Assembly (NCBI GenBank): GCA_004022145.1
Contig: RCNU01000015.1
DNA length: 64,000 bases
Source: Paecilomyces variotii
Taxonomy: Eukaryota
Direction: 5' to 3' (one strand)
Made by a program: the position numbers and the translations under genes. Of the stretch, positions 1 through 11,981 are shown piece after piece; the stretch's first letter is position 1; the number at the start of each line of letters is the position of its first letter. The notes beneath the pieces are model-generated. The model had not been told where the DNA came from, did no database searches, and saw nothing but the letters and a program-made list of their open reading frames with translations.

Positions 1-215
1 GGTCAACCCCAGTCCCGCCGTCGCATCCCCGCACTGCCAACCTTCAGAACAAAAAACTCCCTGTCGAGATCTGTCCTCCTTCAAAACCCCCCAGGACCCT
101 TGCGCTTCGGGTCGATTCAATCCTCTACGGGTGTGCTGCTCGTCGTCTGGTCCGTCATCGTCTGTCAATTGCGCTGTCTTCTCCTCCAGGCGATCTCAGA
201 GATCCAGATCACGTC

Positions 216-2690
216 ATGGCCGACTACGATGATGGCCCCGAGCCTCCCAGGCGGGACACTAGGAACCATATGCTGTTTGAGGTGGCTACGGAGGTTGCCA
301 ATCGAGGTGAGCACGCTCTAGATAGAGATGGGAAATCAAATGCGATGCAGTATCAGCTAATGGTTCCTGATAGTCGGTGGGATCTACTCCGTCCTCAAGT
401 CCAAGGCGCCCGTGACGACGGCAGAGTATGGCGATCGTTACACCCTCATCGGGCCCCTCAATAAAGCTTCCGTAGGTCCCCGGACTAGCGAGATGCATTG
501 TACATACGTGATAGCTGCTGACTTCCTCCTAGGCTGCTGTGGAGGTGGAAGAGTTGACCCCGTCGAACCCGCACCTGGTCGAGACGATTGCGTCCATGAA
601 GCAACGGGGAATCCATATTGTCTACGGGCGATGGTTGATTGAAGGCGCTCCCCGCGTGATCCTGATCGAGACGGGAACCGGATACAAATATCTGAACGAG
701 TGGAAGGGAGATCTATGGAACTCGTCGGGCATTCCATCGCCAGAAGGTGATCATGAGACCAACGAGGCCATCGTCTTTGGTTACCTGGTAGCCTGGTTTC
801 TAGGAGAGGTGAGTAGGATGCGATCCATCAGGAAACGACTGCTGACGGATCTTCTCAGTTCATCGCCCACGAACGTCGGCGAGCTGTGATCGCCCATTTC
901 CATGAATGGCTCGCGGGAGTCGCCCTCCCTTTGACCAAGAAGCGACACATGGACCTAACCACCATCTTCACCACGCATGCTACTTTGCTGGGACGATACC
1001 TGTGTGCAGGCTCGGTCGACTTTTACAACAACCTGCAGTATTTCGACGTCGACGCTGAGGCGGGCAAGCGCGGCATCTACCACCGCTATTGCATCGAGAG
1101 AGCAGCTGCTCACTCCGCCGACGTCTTTACCACTGTCTCGCACATCACGGCATTCGAGAGCGAGCACTTGCTGAAGCGGAAACCCGACGGCGTGTTGCCC
1201 AATGGCCTCAACGTGAAGAAGTTTTCAGCGGTGCACGAGTTCCAGAACCTGCACTCGCAGGCCAAGGAGAAGATCCACGACTTCGTCCGCGGGCATTTCT
1301 ATGGATACAATGACTTTGATCTCGACAACACCTTGTACTTCTTCATCGCTGGTCGTTATGAGTTCCGGAACAAAGGCGTGGACATGTTTATCGAATCCCT
1401 GGCTCGTCTGAACCACCGTCTCAAGACAGCGGGTTCCAAGACAACCATCGTGGCCTTCATCATTATGCCGGCGCAGACGTCGTCTCTCACCGTCGAGGCC
1501 CTCAAGGGACAGGCGGTGGTCAAGTCGTTGCGGGACACCCTGGAGATGGTGGAGAAGGGCATTGGCAAGCGACTGTTTGAACGTTGTCTGTCCTGGAGAG
1601 AGGGCGACAACATGCCCGATGAGAAAGACCTCATCACGGCGCAGGATCGTGTGCTGCTCCGTCGCAGACTGTTTGCCATGAAGCGCCACACGTTGCCTCC
1701 GATTGTCACCCACAACATGATCAACGATGCAGAGGACCCGATCCTGAACCAGCTGCGACGGGTCCAGCTCTTCAATCACCCTGAGGACCGGGTCAAGGTC
1801 GTCTTCCACCCCGAGTTCCTCAATTCATCTAACCCGGTGTTGCCATTGGACTACGATGATTTTGTCCGGGGAACGCATCTGGGCGTCTTCCCGTCTTACT
1901 ATGAGCCATGGGGATACACCCCTGCCGAATGTACCGTCATGGGCGTTCCCAGTATCACGACCAATCTCTCTGGGTTCGGCTGTTACATGGAAGAGCTGAT
2001 CGAGAACTCGTCTGACTATGGCATCTACATCGTGGACCGACGGATGAAGGGTGTGGATGACTCCGTCAACCATTTGACAACCTGCATGTACGACTTCGCC
2101 ATGAAGAGCCGCCGCCAGCGAATCAACCAGCGTAACAGAACCGAGCGATTGAGCGATCTCTTGGACTGGAAACGCATGGGCTTGGAGTATGTGAAGGCCC
2201 GTCAGCTGGCCCTCCGAAGAGGTACGTTCTCGGTTTTCTCTTTTCATCCCATCAGATAACTCTTGCTAAGATGAGCGAACAGCATACCCGGCCTCCTTTG
2301 ACTCCAACGAGAACTTTGATGATATTATCGGCGGAACCGAACAGAAGATCTCCCGACCTCTGTCCGTGCCCGGGTCACCACGAGACCGCTCCGGGATGAT
2401 GACGCCCGGGGATTTCGCGTCGCTCCAGGAAGGCCTGGAGGGGCTCAGCACGGAGGACTACATTGCATGGAAACTGCCGTGAGTATTATTTATTTCGCTT
2501 GCAGACGAATCCGATATGATCGACTCGGATTATTATTATCTCTTACGCACTGGAGACTAACTGCAGCCGTGACCACAGAGAGGAGGAAGAGCCAGACGAC
2601 TACGCATTCCCGCTTACGCTTCGCACGAAGAAGCCCGCTGATCGCCCCGGATCCCCGCTTGACAATGTCACTCTGAATGGACGTCATTAG
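216..2690 (+). CDS. gsy1: Glycogen synthase (GT3), 6 exons: 216-306, 374-471, 533-808, 859-2221, 2283-2478, 2579-2690
   Basis: Spliced translation contains [56 protein letters not shown] and the C-terminal phosphosite region [13 protein letters not shown] introns maintain the frame to TAG at 2688-2690. Confidence 0.97.
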
Positions 2691-3617
2691 AGGGGCAGCG
2701 AAGTGAGATCGGATTTTATTTTTTTCGGTTTTCGGCTTTCCGCTACAATCATACTCTCTTCCAAGTGTGCTTCGATTCTCTTCGGGAGCCTCGATTAGCG
2801 CAACGGTTCTACCTCATGTTGTGATATCTTTTTTATCTAGGCCGCCTTGGCCGAAGAGTGCATGACGCCCGTGTCTAGCGAGTTGTCCTTGTGTACTTTT
2901 AGTTTCCTCGTGCTGTTGAAGCGTCTCGATCTTCTGTCTTGTGTTTTCACGTCCCATACGCATTCGGGCAATTTCAGCATTGATATGTTCGTCTTGAATG
3001 CTGAATTACTTTCGTGAAAGTCCACTTCGTTAGCGCATGTGTATCATCAAGTCGAGACTGCTCTAGTTCATCCAGTCTGCCATCCATCTCCATTGTTAAA
3101 TCCGGAAGATCTGCACGTCCAAATCCGTCATCCCGCAGCAACCTATCCAGGCAAATAGATTATAACCTCAGCAGCTGTCTGAACAGTTAGTGGGCAGAGA
3201 ATATGTCCGGATATCCGAATTGTCCCACCGCAGGGTGAAAGAGGTAAAACATGCTGATCCGAACAGGTTTGGATACATCGGCCGGCTGTAGTCCACCCCA
3301 ATCAACGCGGTTTGCAGAGAAAAAAGTCCACTTTTCAGAGTTGTTAGGGGATGTGAGCCGACATCGGCCAGCGTGTGTTGTCGTGAACCTCTTTTTTGCG
3401 CGCGTTCCAATTCGCTTGGGAGTGTTTTTGCGCAGTGGGGGAGCTTGACAACGGATCGTGACCTCGGGTCGGCGGGGGTCCCCGCTTACAGCTATATCTT
3501 CTGCTAATTACCCCTCCTCCCCTCCTGCGCTTTTTCTCCCTCCCATTATTCCGACTCTCCATTGTTTCTTGTATCCTTCTATCCTTCTAACCCCATCAAT
3601 CCACGAAATCGCTTTTG

Positions 3618-4009
3618 GTACGGTTCTCCAACGAGGCTGCGCGGGCTGGGTTCTTTCGCAATGGGTTCATTCAAGGGTCAAGGTATTGTATAGTATACAT
3701 CAAGCCACCATGACAGGTGTTCGATCGAAACCGCTGTAGGCAGCTGGACCTCTTGTCTCCTCTCGCCTCTGTGAAAGTCTCCCATCTGTCCAGGCAATCG
3801 ATGCTTGAACAAGTGGGAGCTTGCACGAGACGAGAGCAGCGGATGTCCAGTGTGCTTTGCAGTAGGCCGGTTGTTCTGAGATTATACTGTCAACACTTGC
3901 TCTAGATAATGCTAGCGAAAGGACATGCGTGGCTTTGATCCCCTTCCCCTGTTATCTCTCTTGTCTCTGGGCGGAGAGGTAATGGCTGTGTGGTGCTAAC
4001 AATCTCCAG
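3618..4009 (+). promoter_or_regulatory. Riboswitch-controlled 5'-UTR intron with two 5' splice sites (GTACGG 3618, GTATTG 3683), branch GCTAAC 3995-4000 and 3' splice site CAG 4007-4009
   Basis: Splice signals are read directly. A uAUG at 3661 lies between the two donors, matching the Neurospora NMT1 architecture. Confidence 0.8.
3709..3927 (+). ncRNA. TPP riboswitch aptamer in the 5' intron of NMT1/THI5
   Basis: P1 CATG(3709)/CATG(3924); P2 ACAG(3713)/CTGT(3887); conserved CTGAGA at 3876-3881; P5 CTAG-ATAATG-CTAG at 3902-3915 followed by CGAAAGGA; long P3 insert. It lies upstream of a thiamine biosynthesis gene, as known for fungal NMT1. Confidence 0.93.
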
Positions 4010-4042
4010 AGAAGTTCAATTTGAACTTGGTGTCTGATCAAA

Positions 4043-5293
4043 ATGTCTACCGATAAGATCACTTTTCTCACCAACTGGTAGGATTTATACGCTTCTCTGT
4101 GGCGTAGTATATAGTTTCTGTTTGAAACTGGACTGCGTTCTCTGCTACTGGATACTGAGAGTTTTCTGTCAAGGCACGCGACGCCATACCACGCTCCCCT
4201 GTATCTGGCCCAGGCCAAGGGTTACTTCAAGGATGAGGACCTGAAGGTTGCTCTCCTGGAGCCCAACGACCCGTCCGATGTCACCGAGATCATCGGTAGC
4301 GGCAAGGTCGACATGGGCTTCAAGGCCATGATCCACACCCTGGCTGTGCGTGTTGTCGAAACCCTCGTGTGTCATGTCATGCATCAGCCACTGACTCCTC
4401 CATAGGCCAAGGCCCGCGGCTTCCCCGTTACCTCGATCGGTTCCCTCCTCGACGAGCCCTTCACTGGTGTTGTCTACCTCAAGAGCAGTGGCATCACCAC
4501 CGACTTCAAGTCTCTCAAGGGCAAGAGAATCGGATACGTTGGCGAGTTCGGCAAGGTATGTGTGATCGCGGTGTACTAAACTCTCAACTCCCACTAACCG
4601 AAGTAGATTCAAATCGATGAGCTCACCAAATACTACGGCATGACCCCTGACGACTACACTGCCGTCCGCTGCGGTATGAACGTCACCAAGGCCATCATCC
4701 GCGGCGACATTGACGCCGGTATTGGTCTCGAGAACGTCCAGATGGTCGAGCTCGAGGAGTGGCTGGCCTCCCAGGGCCGTCCCCGCGACGACGTCCAGAT
4801 GCTGCGCATCGACCAGCTCGCTGAGCTGGGCTGCTGCTGCTTCTGCTCCATCCTGTACATTGCCAACGACGCTTTCATCGCTGGCAACAAGGACAAGATC
4901 GAGAAGTTCATGCGTGCCGTCAAGCGTGCCACTGACTATGTCATCGCGGAGCCCGCCAAGGCCTATGAAGAGTACATTGACATCAAGCCGATCATGGGCA
5001 CTCCCGTCAACCGCAAGATCTTCGAGCGCTCCTACGCCTACTTCAGCCGTGACCTGAAGAACGTCCAGCGTGACTGGACCAAGGTCACCAACTACGGCAA
5101 GCGTCTCGAAATCTTGGACGCTGACTTCAAGCCCAACTACACCAACAGCTTCCTCAGCTGGACCCTGGACGGTGACTCTGCCGACCCGACTGGCGACCAG
5201 AAGCGCATGGCCGAGCTCCAGAAGAAGGTCGCTGCTGAGGGTGGCTTCAAGAGACTTGAGATCACCAGCAAGGAGGTCACCACTTCCGCTTAG
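4043..5293 (+). CDS. nmt1: HMP-phosphate synthase NMT1/THI5 (thiamine pyrimidine biosynthesis), 4 coding exons
   Basis: [47 protein letters not shown] and the LGCCCFCS motif. Introns at about 4078-4173, 4346-4405 and 4556-4606. Confidence 0.97.
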
Positions 5294-5528
5294 ATGTTGA
5301 AATGACGACATGATTTTGGTCTCCGGACCATCCGGTCATGTGAGCAGTAGCACAATAATACGGACGCTCTTTTGATAGCTAAGTAACATGAAACGAATAC
5401 AAGTGCTATATGGCCATTATTGTCCCTTGTATATGCGTAGTGCGGAGAAATTATTACAGGTACCTCTACTAGATCTTCAATGTGACCAAGGGGCCCTCAT
5501 AGTTCTTTATCTTCAAATATCTCATTAT

Positions 5529-6195
5529 CTATCTTCTAAACTTCTTCGCATAGTCGCTTTCTCGGTGCCAGTCAACTGTGCACGGTTCCTCCACTCCGGT
5601 CCGATCACAACACGGATATATGAATTTTTCGGGGAATTGTTCTCTCATCTCAGACGAGTCGATAGTACCATGGCAATCTTCGTCGTGATCAACGAATAAG
5701 TCATAATCCGGCTCTGAGTACTCTATAGAATTTGAAACGGCATCAGCTTTCTTTCGGAGGAATATGGAAATAGGTCTTCGGGATATCTCTCCGCAACGAA
5801 CCTGGATGATAACGACAGCTCGTGGCAGTATTGGTAACGATGTCAAATTGCTGCTCACAATTCTCGCAGCGAACGTATCGCAATCTTAACCTCTTAGTAC
5901 CAGCTATGGGAGCGGGAGCTGCACCTGGCTTCTTTTCAGGCTTGGTGTTTTCCCTTTCCCCGTCCTCGCCCTCGGATGAAGAAGCTGTGGAGCTTTGATC
6001 ATCATCATCATCCTTGGAATCATCGTAAGCTACAAAAAGTTTATTCGTAGCATAGTCACGAGCTCCTGGAACATTGATACAGATGTCTCTGACAATTGCC
6101 CTCAAGAGGGGCTTAGACAGGGATTCAATGGCATCGTTGAGTCGCGGCGATAATCCGTTCTGGTAAATCTCATTATTCTGCGTGGTGGACCTCAT
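5529..6195 (-). CDS. Hypothetical protein with Cys/His-rich putative zinc-binding C-terminus, 2 exons (intron 5723-5801)
   Basis: Two minus-strand ORFs are joined by a GT-AG intron into ...RYVRCENCEQQF...SCRYHP/EYSEPDYD...HDEDCHG...YPCCDRTGVEEPCTVDWH. An acidic linker is present. Confidence 0.7.
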
Positions 6196-6635
6196 TTTCT
6201 GAATCTGCACCAGAGATATAAATATTTCTTATGACGTGTTAAACAGGACTCAAAGTACTGGGTGGACTGATTGTGGGATAACAGAACAGGTTTGATTGAG
6301 TTTACTGTTTGACGCGTCAACTCAGACGCGTAGTTTTACTTCGCGTAAATAGGATTGATAGTTATGCTCGGGCCACTTGCTTACATAGTATAGTAACTTA
6401 ACTACTCCGTAGTTAACTATCTAGTTACTTACCTAGGTACTGGAATTAACTAGTTAACTAGTTAGTCAGGTACTATCATGATTGTTACAATACTATCATT
6501 TTCCGATACTACCCTTCATATAGAGTGGAGGATTGAAAAAAGGATAGGAAAGTCTTTCAAACGTACTTATCTATCGCACAAGCAGCAGTTAAAAAGAAGA
6601 GAAATTAAAGTTCGTTTCAATTCATGATTCGATTA

Positions 6636-7002
6636 CAGTAAACCCTAGCTATAACAAATTGAATCAGACCAGCACTTTTGTTCGTTATAGCGTGGTATTT
6701 GTTATATCAAATATTAGCAAAAGGTAATTTATGTCATGTGATCATGGTAAAGGTGAGACATTTTTTAATATGATGTAATAGATACCTGAAAATAAAGGGA
6801 TTTGATTGGTTATCGGCTATGACCAATTCCTTGTTATAACGATCCCCCATACAAAAATGACGGCCAGCTAGGGATTTGTTCCGAATTTCGTTATAGCCCA
6901 AATTTAACAAATTTTGTATGGGGTTTTGAATTAGACACGCTGTTTAGTTTGTTATAGAGGAAAATTCGTTATAGCTAGGGTCGTTATAGCCAGGGTTTAC
7001 TG
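6636..7002. mobile_element. 367-bp MITE of the Tc1/mariner superfamily (pogo-like), non-autonomous
   Basis: 20-bp TIRs CAGTAAACCCTAGCTATAAC (6636-6655) and GTTATAGCCAGGGTTTACTG (6983-7002) with 1 mismatch. TA flanks both sides (6634-35, 7003-04). CGTTATAGC is reiterated internally and there is no ORF. Confidence 0.9.
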
Positions 7003-7258
7003 TAATAGCTAGTGCTGCTATGGCCAACATTTACATTTCGTAGACTCCCAAAATCCAATTGGCCAAATCCAAATTCTGCCGGACATACCCACACCGCTTG
7101 GGGGCGTCACATCGGAGGCAGCAACGATTATCGCTATCAACTCTCTTTCCTCGGGATTTCAACCGCTGCTTGCCAGGATACAAATCACCTTAGCAAATGC
7201 TTACTATCCGCGACCAAGCATCGATTATTCCCTCACAATAATCTCACTCGAATCAGCC

Positions 7259-8458
7259 ATGACGACCAGTCCTGAAGAGACACCTGAAGAAATGGTGGCT
7301 AGCTTTTTCAGCGAGAGCAGTGGAACCTTGAGCAGCGTCCCATCTGATTTCGTCGAAGAGGATGCCGAAGCCATCATCAACAGTTATCAGCCTCTGAAGA
7401 GGAATGATCCTACGAAGAGGGTCTTGTCAAGTTTTCTCCAGTTTCTACCACCTAACGGAAAGCGCGTTTTGGCAGAGGCTATAACTACCTTCGATAACGA
7501 AACACTTCGAGTTTTATCCAGTCACCTTGTCACATGTATTCTTCTCCCCAGTGAGTTCAGTCAATCCGCATTATGTTTCTGTACAGACTAACTTCATTGC
7601 TTATAGTGAAGGCGAGAGCTCCAACTCCTACAATCACGCCTTCGCCCTTCCCTGATAATGACGAGACGGTGCAGGAGGTTGCTGAATTCATGGACCGCTC
7701 TCCAAGCAGAGATGTGCAAAAGTGGCTCAAGAAACGCTGCCTGCGTCGCGACAACGACCGCTGTATGGTCACTGGTGTAATTGAAGATGAAAGCAGTGCG
7801 GCACAAGGTGCACCGCCATCTGTGTATACTGGTCCCACAGAACTTTCTCATATTATTCCCCTATCGATAGGCAGTTGGAAAGATAAAAAGACAGCAAGTT
7901 ACCCTTTCTTTTGGTCCTATCTGTAAAAATTAAATCTCATTTGCTAACTACATCAGGATCACAAGGTAGCTCAGATATGGGCCACTCTGAGAAAGGTTTT
8001 CCCAAGCATCAGCATGGAACCGGCCGATGTGAACAACGATGACAATCTTATGACATTATTTGAACTTGTGCACACTGACTTCGGGAAGTTTACACTTGCC
8101 TTGGAACCAACTGTATGTTGATTTCCGCCTTGACATGGTAATGCTGATAACTAACTCTCTGTAGGAGGCTCCACACGAGTACAAGATCCTCAGGTTCAAG
8201 AAGCAGTCCACTGCTCTGAATATTTTCCTCCCTCCCCCGAATTCTCGGGGTGACCGCATTGTGAGGTTTCAAAAATATGCAGATGATGTTGATCTTCCAA
8301 GTCCAGTGTTACTTGAGACTCATGCAGCGCTCGCCAAGATTTTACACGCGTCGGGAATGGCAGAGTACATTGAGAAGATCTTAGACGAGCGAGAAGGCAT
8401 TCGTTGTCTCTCCAGTGACGGCACTACGGATATTGGCAGACTTCTCTTTGCTTTTTAG
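7259..8458 (+). CDS. HNH endonuclease domain protein (fungal HNH_2 type), 4 exons, one GC-AG intron (7894-7956)
   Basis: Spliced product has CLRRDNDRCMVTG...ELSHIIP...DNLMTL...VHTDFGKFTLALEP...LPSPVLLETHAALAKILHASG, the pattern of fungal HNH proteins. Confidence 0.85.
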
Positions 8459-9166
8459 TTCCTACAATCTCCCATTGGAGGTTCGAATCTGTTTGACCAT
8501 AGTTTATCTTATGCAGAAATCAGCACCGAGCGAGGCGTTGGGGAGAATACAGTACGATACTACTACTATTGTAACGCGCGGAGCAGAGAGCGGATGTATC
8601 CACATTCAATAATGAGATTCGTTAACTCAGTATAGCATATAGGACTCCACATTCATCAAGATGTTCGACCTTGACAAAGCTTAAAATAGGAAATTAGATC
8701 TTGGACTAGCAGCTGAAAACCTGAATGCTAGGTAATTAAGGAACGAATCTAGGGAGAGACTCTAGCAAGTTATAACTAACTATTACTAACTACCGCTAGG
8801 GTAATTAGAAATAAAAATACAAGGATAACTATTATGATCTCCATATATTTCGACCCAGGAAAAAGACTTGACTCCATTCTGATAGTAACAAGCCTATCTA
8901 GCTGAGGGCTACCAGCCTGTATCCTATGCTAAGTCACATGACCACTGGTGGCCAGGGCGGCCAGCAGGAGCACCCGGTCCAACAGAACAAAAACAAGATC
9001 TACCAACGCAGATCCTAACTGGACCCTAAGCGCTACTAGACCCTAAGCGGTTTCGCATAGAGTAAGTTAGTTCCTCATTCGAACAAGGAGAATCGGAGAC
9101 GGAAACCCGCCAGTCTAGATTTCCCGGATTAGGTTAGAGTATCGATCCAATACCGCGATCGTTCAT

Positions 9167-9193
9167 TGACAGGTATGACAGGTATGACAGGTA
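9167..9193 (+). repeat. Tandem repeat (TGACAGGTA)x3
   Basis: Read directly, upstream of the catalase gene. Confidence 0.85.
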
Positions 9194-9886
9194 TTTGGTA
9201 GCAAGCTTCCGGAATGCTATTGCTAGTGTGGCTGGTAAGAGAAAGCTTCCATTGATGATTGAACCAATGCTGTTGAACGGATTGTCAATCTGCACTTGAT
9301 TGTATGACGTATCTTGAGGCTTGTTCTAACTATGCGTGCCAGGACAGGTCGTATGGTACACTCTTCTAATGGAGGATAAACTCGATCAGACATGTATCAT
9401 CTACTATCGAAGAGTAAACCAAATTGTAAGTCTCAAGGGTCTGTTACGTCTACATTGTTAAGACGATTATCCAAAATAGGCATCTGGCCAGCCATAGCAC
9501 GTCTTGAGAAGAACATGTGAACTTCTTAGCTTAACGGCGTATTTCATGAATAACTGACTGTGGATCATGAAGTCAGTGGCTTTTCTTTGTAACAGAGTAA
9601 TTCTGATTGACCTAACTGGTCCCGGCGTGATAGTATATGCACCTTCTGAGTTTGCGTGTACCTAAGTAGGTAGGTAATCGAAATCGTCATCCGATGTAAC
9701 GCTTAACTCAGACACTGCCGGAAACAGACGGCAGGGTTATTTAAAGAAGGAAATGTTTGTGAATATAAGTTTTCGAATCCCCAGGATTGTCTCTTCCAAG
9801 TAGTTTGACCTCATTGCAGACAAGTTAACTCAGAGAACTTTGCCTGAAACCGACTACACTACAAAGTTTCGGCATCACGGATCACA

Positions 9887-11981
9887 ATGGAGCAATACTA
9901 TACTCTCGCCGAAGGTAATTCCCAATTGAAGCTGTTTTTTATCTATCAGCCTGTTAACAATTTGCTAGGATGTCCCTACGCCAACAATGCCTCATCAGTG
10001 CAGCTCCGCAGCAGTACTGGTCGCGGCGGTCTTGTACTGATGCAGGATACTCAACTCCTTGAGACTCTGGCCCATTTCAACCGAGAAAGAATTCCTGAAC
10101 GGTAAGAAATCTAGACATTAGTATGACCGTCAAAACCTAATGTCTTTTCTGCTTTCTCAGAGTCGTCCACGCCAAAGCTGCAGGGTAAGTGGTGGTTTCC
10201 AGTTTCATATCCTGATCATCACTTTTTAACATTCTTTCATAGAGCTTACGGCGAGTTCACATGCACTCATGACTGCTCCGACCTTACATCTGCCAGCTTT
10301 CTGAGCCAAGTCGGTAAAAAGACCCCGCTGCTTCTGCGCGTATCCACGGTTGCACAGGAAGCCGGCTCCTCAGACACGGCTCGCGATGTGCACGGCTGGG
10401 CCATGAAAATGTACACCGACGAGGGCAATCTGGATTGGGTCTTTAACAACACCGTCAGTCTGTCCTCTCAAGATGTGCCTAGCTAGCATCTGCTAACTAG
10501 ACTCTGTGCAAAAGCCCGTCTTCTTCGTGCGAGACCCGTTGAAATTCCCATCTATGAATCGGTCCCATAAGCGGCATCCGCAGACCCATCTGCCGGACCC
10601 GAATATGGTAAGTTATAGATCCCCTAATTATTATCCTCAGCAAAAGCTAATTCTGTCTAGTTCTGGGAGTATGTAGAGAGTCTATTTACCACCTTCAGTG
10701 GTCCTCTTCTCTTCGAAACTAACCAATTCCCAGCTTCCATGTCGGAAACCCCGAAGGCATTCACCAACTCATGCATCTTTTCAGCGATCGAGGAACCCCG
10801 GCGTCTCTTCGTCACATGAACGCCTATAGCGGACATACGTACAAATTCACCACCAAGGCAAGCTTGAGAATCGATCCCCCTCCACATGGTACTGTAGACT
10901 AACATGTTGCGCCATCCAGGACGGTAACTTCAAATATATCAAAATACACATCAAGACCACCATTGGCGTTCGCAACTTCACCAGAGAAGAATCCGTCAAA
11001 GTCGGTGGCGAGAACCCCGACTTCTTCATTCAGGATCTGTTTGAAGCTATCGAAAGGGGCGATTATCCCGTTTGGAACGTCTATGTCCAGGTCATGGAAC
11101 CTGAACAGGCGGAAAAATACCGATGGAATATCTTTGATATGACCAAAGTCTGGTCGCACAAGGACTTTCCATTGAGGCAGATTGGAAAGATAACCTTGAA
11201 TCGCAACGTATGTGCCCAAAGTTCAAACCTGGATGTCACGCGAGTGCTGACTGATTATCTATCATAGCCCAGCAACTACTTTACGGATATCGAGCAAGCT
11301 GCCTTTTCGCCTTCGACCATGGTGCCAGGTTTCGCACCCTCAGCGGATCCAAGTAAGAAACAGTCCATCCGGTAGCGTGAATCAAGTCCTAATTTATATC
11401 CCAGTGCTCCAAGCGCGAATGTTCGCCTACCCCGACGCAGCCCGGTATCGCCTCGGAGTCAACTACCAACAACTCCCCACGAACGCCGCCAAAGCACCTG
11501 TCTACTGCCCGTTCCAGCGCGACGGCAAGATGAACTTCTCCGACAACTACGGAGCTGACCCCAACTACACGGGATCTTCTCTCAAACCGACCAAGTTCTA
11601 CCAGGACATCAAGGGCCTCGGACCCAATTCCATTAGCACATTGACCGAGCACGAGAAGTGGGTCGGAGAAGTGACTAATTTCGAGATGCATATGACAGAC
11701 GATGATTACGAACAGCCCGCTGCTCTGTGGGAAGTCATCGGAAGAGAGCCCGGACATCAGGAGCGGTTCTTTGGAAATGTCGCTGCTCATTTGAATCAGG
11801 TCCACAGTGATCGACTTCGCAATGACGTCTACAGTACGTGTTTGAACACAATAATCGAGAGGTTAACGTTTTTATTTGTGTAGAAGCTAATGTCTCTGTT
11901 CCAGGTCTATTCGCACGCGTTAACCCAGAGTTGGGAGCTGGTATCAAAAAGGCAACTGAAGCTCTTCGCTCTAAGAAATAG
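9887..11981 (+). CDS. Monofunctional heme catalase (small-subunit type), highly fragmented by introns
   Basis: [25 protein letters not shown] (distal His), [31 protein letters not shown] and [20 protein letters not shown] (proximal Tyr motif). Ends ...EALRSKK* at 11979-11981. Confidence 0.95.

Noticed and set aside
4169-5311. 380-aa minus-strand ORF, and likewise 35491-36615 and 54334-54834
   Set aside because: Antisense shadows of strongly codon-biased or GC-rich sense sequence (NMT1, ERG20, VMA1 5' region) with no recognisable motifs.
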